64,000 bases of DNA from an uncultured Acidimicrobiaceae bacterium (lineage in GTDB: Bacteria > Actinomycetota > Acidimicrobiia > Acidimicrobiales > SZUA-35): the NCBI GenBank assembly GCA_947259095.1, contig CAMYLA010000011.1, positions 516 to 64,515 of the forward strand. The letters run 5' to 3'. Made by a program: the position numbers and the translations under genes. Below are positions 48,701-56,636 of this stretch, piece after piece. A model generated the notes under the pieces. The model did not search any database. It had not been told where the DNA came from and worked only from the letters and a program-made list of their open reading frames with translations. How positions within the stretch are numbered: position 1 is the stretch's first letter; the number at the start of each line of letters is the position of its first letter.

Positions 48701-50209
48701 CTGGCCACCAACGGCCGAGCCGACAAGATGCTGGGTCCGCCGTCGGCAGGACCCGCGGTGAGTGCGGCCCCGCTCGCCGCCGCGGCCGATCCACCGGAGG
48801 ATCCCGAGCGCCAGGACGTTTGGCGATGGTTCGCCATCGAATCGGCCAAGGCGGTCGAGGTGTTGCAGCTCGACTCGCCGATCGACAACCTTTTCCCCGA
48901 GCAGGTGGCGGCCACGGTGCTGCGGGGCCACCTGGAGCTGCACTCCCCGATCGCCGAGGCCGCATTGCAGGCCGAAACCGGTCTTGCCACCACCTCGTTC
49001 AAGGTTGGGGTGTTGTCCCTCGAAGCCGAGGGCACCGCACTGCAAGGCCATTTCACGTCGCCCGACGGGCCGGTCGAGTGGTGCTCCCGACGCCTCCTGG
49101 CCAGGATGCACGGCAGGTCACGAACCACCCGCCGTCGCTCGGTTGAGCCGATCTCGCCCGAGCAGTTCATGCGGTTCCTTGCCCGCTGGCAGTATGTCGC
49201 CCCCGGGGCACAGGTCACGTCACCGCTGGGTCTCGGGCGAGTCCTGGAACAGCTCCAGGGCTGGGGGGCGGCGGTCGCCTCGTGGGAACCGCAGCTGCTG
49301 GCCGGCAGGGTCAAGGACTACGATCCGCAGTGGATCGATCGGCTTTGCCACGACGGCGAGATCCAATGGCTCCGCCTGTCGCCCCGGCTGATGGAAGATC
49401 CTGATCGACGGGGCGCCGGCCCGTCGAAGGCAACGCCGATCAGCATCGTCTTCCGCCAGGACATGCCGTGGTTACTGCCGGCGTTCCGAGGGGCGTCGGC
49501 GCCTATGGTCCCGGCCACCGGCGCTGTAGCCGAGATCGCAGGGGCCCTGGAGCGCCACGGTCCCCGGTTCGCCACCGACCTGGTGGGCGACACCGGCAGG
49601 CTTCGCTCCGACATCGAGGCGGCCCTGTGGGACGGCGTTGCCCGCGGCCTGTTCACGGCCGACGGATTCGAGGCGATCCGATCCCTCACCTCCGGTGGCA
49701 GGAGAACCAGGACGCGGCAGCGCTCGTTGTCCCGGCTTCGCCGGACCGAGCTCGGTTCGGCCGCGGCCGGACGGTGGTCGTTGGTCCCCGGGGCGGTCGC
49801 GCCCCCCGACGCCGCCGAGCCCGATGGTGGATCATCGGGAGTGGGCGGCGCCGACCGCGACGAGTTCGTCGAGGCGGTCGCCGATCAGCTGCTCCAACGC
49901 TGGGGGGTGCTGTTCTACGACCTGATCACGGTGGAGAACCTGGCCGTTCCCTGGCGTGATCTGCAGTGGGCGTTACGTCGGCTCGAAGATCGGGGGCTTG
50001 TCAAAGGTGGCCGGTTCGTCAAGGGTTTCAGCGGTGAGCAGTTTGCCCTCCCCGAGGCGGTGGATGCACTCAAGGCCATCCGGCGGACCCCGGCGAACGA
50101 GCAGACGATCACCGTCTGCGGCACCGACCCATTGAACCTCACCAGCGTCATTCTCTCCGGCGACCGCATCCCGGCCCGGCGGGCACAGGTGGTGACCCTC
50201 CCGGTCTGA
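45785..50209 (+). CDS. lhr: Lhr-type large ATP-dependent DNA helicase
   Basis: A 1474-aa protein. Walker A AAPTGSGKTLAG, motif II VIVDEIHAM (DEAH-type), HHGSLSKDRR, and a long Lhr-specific C-terminal extension. Confidence 0.9.
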   Translation: MAVTDEPVLRNQGPYQPVLDAEIPGSQLFGPVARSGVGAPPGSSPVDTELVPGVGLHPAVSRWFRRRFEGPTPPQLEGWPHIQAGRHTLIAAPTGSGKTLAGFLMAINRLYMDALDGCDSPVAITTVVYVSPLKALAVDIAENLERPLHEIAEVAEELGLPVPAITLGVRTGDTSPSERQAMLRKPRTFVVTTPESLYLMVTAAKSRETLRTVRTVIVDEIHAMARDKRGSHLAVTMERLHHICHDPPARIGLSATQRPIETVARLLVGTRTTDGSAAGPIDCAIVDGGHQRALDVGLELPDSELEAVASHAQSDQMLDRIAELVAEHRTTLVFVNTRRLAERLAHQLGERLGEDVVAAHHGSLSKDRRHRVERRLRAGELRALVATASLELGIDVGPVELVCQIGSPRSIATFLQRVGRSNHTRHGTPRGRLYPLTRDELVECAALLGAIRAGRLDSVEPPNAPLDILAQQVVAETGAEDWRADDLFRLIRTAHPFATLDRARFDEVVELTSDGIMTGRGRRAAWVHRDDGNGELRGRRGARYVALTSGGAIPEIYDMRVIMEPDETFIGTVNEDWAMESMAGDIFLLGTHSWRIRQVTGGEVRVVDAGDAPPTVPFWTGEAPARTAELSEEVSRLRASVDRHLERGDPAGAAARLIEDTGIDHDSASLIVAYLATGRAALGLLPTSCELVMERFFDDADGMQLVIHSPLGGRINRAMGYALRKKFCVGFNFELQAAASDDAVVISLGPHHSFPLTDVQHYLKPDTIADTLTQAVLDQPAFQSRWRWNLNRSLIVLRMRNGKRNPPPIQRMESDDLLAALFPDAAACQENVTGPVTIPDHPVVRQTIHDTLTEGMDVDGLIELWRALGSGRTRMTCVDTTEPSVLAHEILTARPYAFLDDGELPERRSHAAPIRRGLPVDLTNIGALLPDAIAEVRAEMAPAPRTADELHDLLRDVVLLRARPEWQPLFDELATNGRADKMLGPPSAGPAVSAAPLAAAADPPEDPERQDVWRWFAIESAKAVEVLQLDSPIDNLFPEQVAATVLRGHLELHSPIAEAALQAETGLATTSFKVGVLSLEAEGTALQGHFTSPDGPVEWCSRRLLARMHGRSRTTRRRSVEPISPEQFMRFLARWQYVAPGAQVTSPLGLGRVLEQLQGWGAAVASWEPQLLAGRVKDYDPQWIDRLCHDGEIQWLRLSPRLMEDPDRRGAGPSKATPISIVFRQDMPWLLPAFRGASAPMVPATGAVAEIAGALERHGPRFATDLVGDTGRLRSDIEAALWDGVARGLFTADGFEAIRSLTSGGRRTRTRQRSLSRLRRTELGSAAAGRWSLVPGAVAPPDAAEPDGGSSGVGGADRDEFVEAVADQLLQRWGVLFYDLITVENLAVPWRDLQWALRRLEDRGLVKGGRFVKGFSGEQFALPEAVDALKAIRRTPANEQTITVCGTDPLNLTSVILSGDRIPARRAQVVTLPV

Positions 50210-50296
50210 ACGATCGGTCGACCGGGCACCCCGATCGACCGGGCACCCCGGCCCCGCAGCCCGAGAACTCGCCGGCCGAGCACTACACTCCCGCCC

Positions 50297-51106
50297 ATGG
50301 TCACCCTCACCGATGAGCAGGCTGCGGCCGAAGCGGCCCGGCTGGACCGGGCGGAACGGGACCGCTCACAGGCAACCCAGACCACCCTGCTCCATCCGGA
50401 AACGACCATCGACGACGCCTACCGCATCCAGGCTGCGTGGCAGCTGCTACGGCTGGGTCGGGGCGAACGGCTCATCGGTCACAAGATCGGCCTGACCTCC
50501 AGAGCGATGCAGGCCTCGATGAACATCGACACGCCCGACTCCGGCTTCCTCACCGATGCCATGGCCTTTTCCGCCGGCGACACCTTGACCGCAGCGGACT
50601 TCACCGATCCCAAGCTCGAAGTGGAGCTGGCCTTCGTCCTCGGCCGGGACCTCGACCGACCCGATCACACCATCGAAGAGGTCCTCGATGCGACCGATCA
50701 CGTCGTCCCGGCCCTGGAGCTGATCGCAGCCAGAACCCATCGCCGGGATCCCCAATCCGGCCGAACCAGAACCGTGGTCGACACGATCGCCGACAATGCG
50801 GCGAATGCCGGCATCATCACAGGCGGCAACGAGGTCGACCCCCGGGCCATCGACCTTCGCTGGGTTCCGGCCCTGCTGTATCGCAACGACGTCATCGAGG
50901 AGACCGGGGTTGCCGCCGGTGTGCTCGACCATCCGGCCAACGGGATCGTCTGGCTGGCCCGCCGCTACGCCGAGCAGAGTATGAAGCTGGAAGCCGGGCA
51001 GATCATCCTCGCCGGATCGTTCACCCGCCCGGTCGATGTTCGGCCCGGCGACCATTTCCGGGCCGACTACGGACCGCTCGGCGCATTCGACGTGCACGTC
51101 GCCTAG
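50297..51106 (+). CDS. 2-keto-4-pentenoate hydratase / 2-oxohepta-3-ene-1,7-dioate hydratase family (MhpD/HpcG-like)
   Basis: Motifs GHKIGLTSRAMQ, VELAFVLG and ILAGSFTRPV. Confidence 0.85.
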   Translation: MVTLTDEQAAAEAARLDRAERDRSQATQTTLLHPETTIDDAYRIQAAWQLLRLGRGERLIGHKIGLTSRAMQASMNIDTPDSGFLTDAMAFSAGDTLTAADFTDPKLEVELAFVLGRDLDRPDHTIEEVLDATDHVVPALELIAARTHRRDPQSGRTRTVVDTIADNAANAGIITGGNEVDPRAIDLRWVPALLYRNDVIEETGVAAGVLDHPANGIVWLARRYAEQSMKLEAGQIILAGSFTRPVDVRPGDHFRADYGPLGAFDVHVA

Positions 51107-51182
51107 CGCCCCCGCCCAGGCTGTGGGTCCGGGAGCGGACTGACTACGATTGGTCGAACCCGACCGAAGACGAGCCTTGGCC

Positions 51183-51572
51183 ATGAGCCTCTACTACGTA
51201 CAGAAGTTCCTCTACGAACTCAACCGGGACGAGCAGCTGCAGGCCCGGTACCACCAGGACCGCCGGGCGGTGCTGGAGGGCTATGAGCTGACCACCGAGG
51301 AGGCGGCTGCACTGGTCGAACCCGATGTCGGTCTGCTGTTCCACCTCGGCGTCAACGGTCAGATCCTGATGCACTTCGCCGCGTTGCACGAGATCCAGTG
51401 GGCCGACTACCTCCAGTTGATGCGGGACGGGATCGCCGAACACGGCCCGGTCCGGGAAGGGGTCTACGCCATGACCGGCTACGTGGGCGTCGACGCCCAC
51501 GCCAGGCAACTTGGCCAGGAGAGTCGCACCACATCCGCCTCGGCTCCGCCCCGGAACCGAGGAGAGAACTGA
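51183..51572 (+). CDS. LigA-like small subunit of a class III extradiol ring-cleavage dioxygenase
   Basis: The N-terminus MSLYYVQKFLYELNRDEQLQARY... is typical of LigA-domain proteins. The gene lies immediately upstream of a LigB-type gene and overlaps it by 1 nt (TGATG). Confidence 0.72.
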   Translation: MSLYYVQKFLYELNRDEQLQARYHQDRRAVLEGYELTTEEAAALVEPDVGLLFHLGVNGQILMHFAALHEIQWADYLQLMRDGIAEHGPVREGVYAMTGYVGVDAHARQLGQESRTTSASAPPRNRGEN

Positions 51573-52438
51573 TGCCATTGGTCTTCGCCGGCGTTGCCAG
51601 CCATGCGCCAGGGATCACCGGGCGGGCCGATCAGGCCGACCCGGTGGTGAGGGATCGGTTCTACGCCGCCTATGCCGACATGCGAATGGCCCTGCTGGCC
51701 TCCAGGCCCGATGCGGTGGTGGTGGTTGCGGCCGAACACTTCGCCAACTTCTTCATGAACAACATGCCGTCGTTCGCCATCGGCATGGCCGACTTCTACG
51801 ACGGCCCGATCGAGAACCCGGATTGGCTCGGCATCGCCAAGGTCCGGGTACCGGGGAACCGGGACCTCTCGCAGCGCCTCATCGAAGCGGTGATGCAGAC
51901 CAGCGACGTGGCCTACGCCGAGGAGTGGAAGTTCGATCACGGCATCATGGTCCCGCTGCACTTCCTCACGCCGGACTACGACCTCCCGATCATCCCGGCC
52001 AACATCAACTGCCAGGGCCCACCGCTGGCCCCGCTCCATCGAGCGTGGGCGTTCGGCGAGTCGATCCGCACTGCGGCCGACGCCGTGCCGGAACGCATCG
52101 CCGTGGTCGGGACCGGCGGCATCTCCCACTGGCCGGCCACACCGGACTCGGGCAAGATCAACGAACCGTGGGACCGGGAATTCCTCGACCGCTGGTCTCG
52201 CAACGATCGCGACGCCATGCTCGACTACGACGATCCGAGCATCTATCTCGAGGCCGGCCAGGGCGGGTTCGAGATCCGAACCTTCCTGGCGGTCAGCGCG
52301 GCGGCCAGGGGTGCGACCGGTACGGTGCACTTCTACGCCCCGATACCCATCTTCGCCGTGGGTTGCACGGTGGCGACCTATGACCTGACCGACACCGACA
52401 CCGACACCGACACTGCGGCCACACCCGGCACCGTCTGA
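51572..52438 (+). CDS. LigB-type class III extradiol dioxygenase catalytic subunit
   Basis: Motifs MPLVFAGVASHAPGI, VVVAAEHFANFF and FDHGIMVPLHF. GGAGAG lies upstream of ATG 51572. The C-terminal tail ends with a (DT)4 repeat. Confidence 0.8.
   Translation: MPLVFAGVASHAPGITGRADQADPVVRDRFYAAYADMRMALLASRPDAVVVVAAEHFANFFMNNMPSFAIGMADFYDGPIENPDWLGIAKVRVPGNRDLSQRLIEAVMQTSDVAYAEEWKFDHGIMVPLHFLTPDYDLPIIPANINCQGPPLAPLHRAWAFGESIRTAADAVPERIAVVGTGGISHWPATPDSGKINEPWDREFLDRWSRNDRDAMLDYDDPSIYLEAGQGGFEIRTFLAVSAAARGATGTVHFYAPIPIFAVGCTVATYDLTDTDTDTDTAATPGTV
52391..52414. repeat. hexanucleotide repeat (GACACC)3-GACACT encoding (Asp-Thr)4
   Basis: Read directly at the 3' end of the LigB-type gene. Confidence 0.9.
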
Positions 52439-52559
52439 GCAAACTCCCGGAGACCGGACCGGTCGACCGTCCGAAGCGCACGACCGAACCGGACCGGTCG
52501 GCCGGCGGGAACCATCGGCTGCCGACCTGGCTCCCGACATCGCGCCCGGCCGTGGAGGC

Positions 52560-53387
52560 TCAGTCGTCGACGGTACGAGCGATGGGGCGCTCGGGATCCT
52601 GCGACCATTCCGACCATGAGCCGGTGTAGAGCCTGCCACCTTCCACCCCGGCCAGTCTGGCCGCCAGCAGATCGTGACAGCCGGTCACACCGGAGCCGCA
52701 GCTGGCCACGATCGATGCGCCGGGTTGGATCCCCAATGAGGCCAGGTCGGTCCGCAACCGCTCGACCGGCAGAAACCGGCCTCGATCGTCGATGTTGTCG
52801 GTCCAGGGCCGAGACCTCGACCCGGGAATGTGGCCGGGCCTGGCGTCGATCGGATTGGCTTCGCCTGCGAACCGCTGGGCAGTCCTGGCGTCGACCAGCA
52901 CCGCTCCACCGGCGATCGCCGGCAGTACATCGTCGGCGTCCACGAACCGATCCTCGGGCCAGGCCGCGGCCGCAACCGGCTCGGGCGTCACCATGACCTC
53001 ATCGGCGTCGAGCCGACCGTTCCAGGCGGCGATCCCCCCGTCCAGAACCGCGACGGGATGACCGATGGCGTCGAGCATCCACCACAGGCGGGACGCCTGT
53101 GAACCGCCGTGGTCGTCGTATGCCACGACCGGCTTGGAGACGAGCCCGAGCGCAGCTCGGACCTCAGCGAATCGCTCCGGCGTCGGCAGTGGATGGCGGC
53201 CGCCGGAACCGGGTGGAGCCGACAGATCGACGTCGAGGTCGGCAAACACCGCTCCCGGCAGGTGTCCTGCCAGATAGTCGCGGTGTTTCGGTCCACCGTC
53301 CATCGACCAGCGAACATCGACCAACCTGACCTGTTCCAGGTTCTCGGCCAGCCACTCGCTCGACACCAGGGGGCCCGGAAGCTCCAT
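52560..53387 (-). CDS. two-domain rhodanese sulfurtransferase (3-mercaptopyruvate sulfurtransferase-like)
   Basis: The active-site loop reads CGSGVTGCH (the CG[ST]GVT type). The N-terminus LVSSEWLAENL is typical. The start is ATG 53387, with AAGGAGCC upstream. Confidence 0.85.
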   Translation of the reverse strand: MELPGPLVSSEWLAENLEQVRLVDVRWSMDGGPKHRDYLAGHLPGAVFADLDVDLSAPPGSGGRHPLPTPERFAEVRAALGLVSKPVVAYDDHGGSQASRLWWMLDAIGHPVAVLDGGIAAWNGRLDADEVMVTPEPVAAAAWPEDRFVDADDVLPAIAGGAVLVDARTAQRFAGEANPIDARPGHIPGSRSRPWTDNIDDRGRFLPVERLRTDLASLGIQPGASIVASCGSGVTGCHDLLAARLAGVEGGRLYTGSWSEWSQDPERPIARTVDD

Positions 53388-53437
53388 TTTTTGGCTCCTT
53401 CGCTCTGACCGCAGCGGAGATCGACCGCGGTTCGACG

Positions 53438-54712
53438 GTGGATGAAGACGCCGCCCGACCATACGCTCAACCCTTGGTGGCTACCAACCCGTCCCGATAC
53501 GACCCGATCGTACTGCTGATCGTCGGCACATCGCTGCTGATGGCGTCCGGCTCGGTGGTCTTCACCCTCCTGCCGTCGATCCAGGATGAGGTCGGCTTTG
53601 CGACCTGGGGCTACGGGCCCATCGCAGGGGTGTTCTTTGCCGCATCGTTGGTGGCCCAGCTCGGGCTTGCCCGCCACGCCGACCGGGGTCACGCCCGAGC
53701 CCTGCTGATCACCGCCATCCTGCTCGGGGTGGTCGGCCTGGTCTGGCTGTCACAGGCCGATTCGCTGGTCGAGCTGATCCTGGCCAGAGGCCTCGGCGGT
53801 CTGGCGGCCGGCTGTTGGGCCCCGGCGGCCCGGGCCATGGCCATCGCCAGGAGGCCGGACCGGACGGCGACGAGGCTCGGCTACCTGGCCATGGGCGACA
53901 CCGGGGGCCTGGTCATCGGCCCTCTGGCCGGTTCGTTGTTGGCGTCGGCGTACTCTGTGGAGACCGCATTGCTGGTCTTCGCCGCCCTGATCCTGGCCAT
54001 GACCCCGGTGTTGTTCGGCTCTGCGATCATGGAACACCGTGCCGGCCCGGCACCGGGCGGCGTCACCGACCTCCTGGCCCTCAGACCGGCCCGTCAGGCG
54101 ACCTTGCTGGCCGTCGCCTTGTTCCTGCCGGTCGGCTTCTACGAGACGATCTGGGCCAAACACATCTCCAACCTCGGCGGATCGAACAACATCATCGCAC
54201 TGTCGGTCGCCCTCTACGGCCTGCCGTACCTGCTCATGGCCCCGATCGGCGGCAGGCTCGGCGATCGCTTCGGCTCGGTTCGGGTGGCGCTGCTCTGCGC
54301 CATCGGGCTGGTTGCGGTCACCGCCGTCACGGGCCTGCCCCGGAGCTACTGGGCACTGCTGATGATCGGTGTGGTGGAGGCGGCCATCAGCGCCGTTGCC
54401 TACATCAACGCCTTGGCCGCCATGGCCCGGGCCTGCCCAGCCGACCGGCAGGCCACCGGTCAGGGCCTGGTCGGCGGGGCCAGCATCGCCGGGGCCGCGA
54501 TGATGGCCCTGGTGGCGGGGCCGCTGTTCGCCTTCGGTGGACCGACGGTGGCGTTCGCCGTGACCGCGAGCCTGGTTGCCGTCGGCGCATTCCTCGCCTT
54601 CAGGCTCGATCCGGCCGCCGCCGCGATCGGGGCCGGCCGGGGGCCGGTCACCACGGTCGATCGAGGCGGAGCCGAGCAGTCGGCCGAGCGGACCGCTACC
54701 CGTCGAGACTGA
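53438..54712 (+). CDS. MFS transporter
   Basis: A 424-aa protein with about 12 hydrophobic segments. GTG start. Divergent from the sulfurtransferase gene. Confidence 0.8.
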   Translation: MDEDAARPYAQPLVATNPSRYDPIVLLIVGTSLLMASGSVVFTLLPSIQDEVGFATWGYGPIAGVFFAASLVAQLGLARHADRGHARALLITAILLGVVGLVWLSQADSLVELILARGLGGLAAGCWAPAARAMAIARRPDRTATRLGYLAMGDTGGLVIGPLAGSLLASAYSVETALLVFAALILAMTPVLFGSAIMEHRAGPAPGGVTDLLALRPARQATLLAVALFLPVGFYETIWAKHISNLGGSNNIIALSVALYGLPYLLMAPIGGRLGDRFGSVRVALLCAIGLVAVTAVTGLPRSYWALLMIGVVEAAISAVAYINALAAMARACPADRQATGQGLVGGASIAGAAMMALVAGPLFAFGGPTVAFAVTASLVAVGAFLAFRLDPAAAAIGAGRGPVTTVDRGGAEQSAERTATRRD

Positions 54713-56015
54713 ACCTGAGCGTCACGTACTCACCGGAACCGTCGGCGTTCGGGTACAAGTGAATGTGCTGACCGTGAGCGCTGAATCGAAGGACCAGTCG
54801 GTCGACCCCGAACGCGGCATCGCTGGGGTTGAGCACCACCACGCCAGTCGACAGCCCGACAACCGGCGGACCTTCGGTGGTGCCGTTGGACCGCAGTTCG
54901 TGATAGAGCTCCCCGACCACGCCCTCGACGACCACCACCGCCCTGATGTTGTTGTGCCACGGTCCGGTCGGCCCCTCGGTCACCAGTACACCGACGTCCC
55001 GGCAGACCTCGAAGGCGTTGAGGACAACGCCCCTCTCCAGATCGACCTCGCAGACCGCAGGCAGCAGGTCGTTGTCTGCGCCGAGTGTGACCGAGGGCGA
55101 GGCGGGATCAGGGGCGGGCTGGGGCACCGCACCCGACTCGACCGTCGGCTGCGTCGCCTCCGACTCGGTTGGCGGCCGGTTCAGGGTGATTACCCCCGCA
55201 ACGCCAACCTGGGGGCTGACGGCCGCACCGGGGGGGATCGTGTCGGGGACGGCGGCGCCGAACTGGCCCTCCACCCCCGTTGTGGTCGACCCCTCGGGGG
55301 CGGCAGGCGGCAGTGTCCCCGATGCCGCAGGCGGCAGTGTCCCCGATGCCGCAGGCGGCAGTGTCCCCGATGCCGCAGGCGGCGTCTCGATGGCGGAGGC
55401 CACATCCTGAATCACGACCACGTCAACGCCGTCATCGGCGAACAGCGAGTTCAAAACGATGGCCAGCGGGATTGCGGCCGATAACAACACGATGAGCACC
55501 AGCAACCAAGGGACACGCAGCGCCCCGGACATCGCCTGCTCGCTCACTGGGACCCTGGCGTGTAGATCTCGAGCTTCGGGGGCGGGGGGAACCCCGATCT
55601 TGTTGACCACGTCCTGGAGCACCATGTCGGCCCGGGAGGTGGGGAAACGCACATGCTCGATCTCGGTGGGCGGCAGCCCGTCGACCGTCTCCTCGACCAG
55701 CAGCACCACCTGGCCTGCGCCTATCGACTGCTGGATGATCTCTGCGTCCTGCATCACCCGCTCGAACGGCGCCGACGGACCAAGGATCCCGTCGTTCTTG
55801 TGGACCACCAGCAGCACGACATCTATGCCGTCGAGGACTTCCTCGATCGCCTCGGCCGTGCTGTGGGCGCCGACCGGCGAGGACTTCTCCTCGACCACCT
55901 TGAAGCCTTCGCTCCGCAACCCATCGGCCAACTGGGCAAACGACTTCTCCGACCCGCTACGGCCGAGGAGAACACGCTTGGTCTTGGTGGAGCCGATGGC
56001 GGAGACCACCACCAC
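54696..56015 (-). CDS. single-pass membrane protein: N-terminal TIR-like/flavodoxin-like domain - TM - PPAASGTL x3 linker - Cys-containing extracytoplasmic domain
   Basis: High GC3 throughout. The N-terminal ~140 aa show a beta-alpha-beta pattern (KRVLLGRSGS..., DVVLLVVHKNDG, QVVLLVEETVDGLPPTEIEHVRFP) that resembles the 'TIR-like nucleotide-binding' family. The TM is VPWLLVLIVLLSAAIPLAIVL. The start is one of three consecutive GTG codons at 56009-56015, because a TAG lies two codons upstream. The functional call is tentative. Confidence 0.6.
   Translation of the reverse strand: MVVVSAIGSTKTKRVLLGRSGSEKSFAQLADGLRSEGFKVVEEKSSPVGAHSTAEAIEEVLDGIDVVLLVVHKNDGILGPSAPFERVMQDAEIIQQSIGAGQVVLLVEETVDGLPPTEIEHVRFPTSRADMVLQDVVNKIGVPPAPEARDLHARVPVSEQAMSGALRVPWLLVLIVLLSAAIPLAIVLNSLFADDGVDVVVIQDVASAIETPPAASGTLPPAASGTLPPAASGTLPPAAPEGSTTTGVEGQFGAAVPDTIPPGAAVSPQVGVAGVITLNRPPTESEATQPTVESGAVPQPAPDPASPSVTLGADNDLLPAVCEVDLERGVVLNAFEVCRDVGVLVTEGPTGPWHNNIRAVVVVEGVVGELYHELRSNGTTEGPPVVGLSTGVVVLNPSDAAFGVDRLVLRFSAHGQHIHLYPNADGSGEYVTLRFSLDG
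55303..55374. repeat. 3 x 24-nt perfect tandem repeat (plus a partial 4th copy)
   Basis: gcaggcggcagtgtccccgatgcc occurs three times without a mismatch (55303-55326, 55327-55350, 55351-55374), followed by gcaggcggcg. On the minus strand it encodes PPAASGTL x3. Confidence 0.92.
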
Positions 56016-56058
56016 AGCCTAGTCAGCCGGGCCGACGGTCCACGAGCGGCAACGAGGG

Positions 56059-56592
56059 TTGTGCTGCCTCGCATGGAGGTTTGTCGGCGATACTGTCGAG
56101 GTGGGTTTCTCCGACCTCTTCCTCAAACGGGCCGTCCTGGGGCTGTCGGTTGCGTTGGTGCTGCTCCTGACCGGCGTCGCCCTGTCCCGGCTGATGTCGG
56201 ACGGCGAGACCACCGCCTCGCCCAGCACCTCAACGCCCGAAGTCGACCAGAGCCAACCAGCCAGCGCCAGTGCGGCCTACCCGGGGGCCCGCCTGACCTT
56301 CGACGATTCGGAGCTGCCACTGACGGTCGGATGTCTCCGGGACCGGACCGCCGATGACGTCTTCCTGATCGTCATCGAGAATCTGGCCACAACCGAGACC
56401 GACTATGTGGTCACGGCTGCGCTGCAATCCGACGCCGGGACCACCGTCGGCGCGACCGCCCGGGTCGCCCAACTCCTCGCCGGCGAGCAGCGAGAAGTGG
56501 TGCTGGTCCCCGACCAGGACATCACCAACCCGTCGGACTGCACCATCACCGCCGTCCACGGTGACCGCCGGGCGCTACTCAAGGGCGACTGA
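56059..56592 (+). CDS. hypothetical membrane-anchored protein with a small two-Cys extracytoplasmic domain
   Basis: High GC3. One TM (AVLGLSVALVLLLTGVAL), an S/T/P linker, then a domain of about 110 aa. The start is uncertain: TTG 56059 or GTG 56101. Confidence 0.55.
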   Translation: MCCLAWRFVGDTVEVGFSDLFLKRAVLGLSVALVLLLTGVALSRLMSDGETTASPSTSTPEVDQSQPASASAAYPGARLTFDDSELPLTVGCLRDRTADDVFLIVIENLATTETDYVVTAALQSDAGTTVGATARVAQLLAGEQREVVLVPDQDITNPSDCTITAVHGDRRALLKGD

Positions 56593-56636
56593 GACCGGAT
56601 CAGGGATGCGGTGCGGTTGCGCCTCCGACCGGCGGC

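Noticed and set aside
52439-52559. Repeated ccggaccggtcg motifs and short palindromes (cggtcgaccg) between the convergent LigB and sulfurtransferase genes, considered as a defined terminator or REP-like element.
   Set aside because: There are only two short copies, and the stems are short and GC-generic. I could not define a convincing hairpin with a following U-tract, so it is left unannotated.
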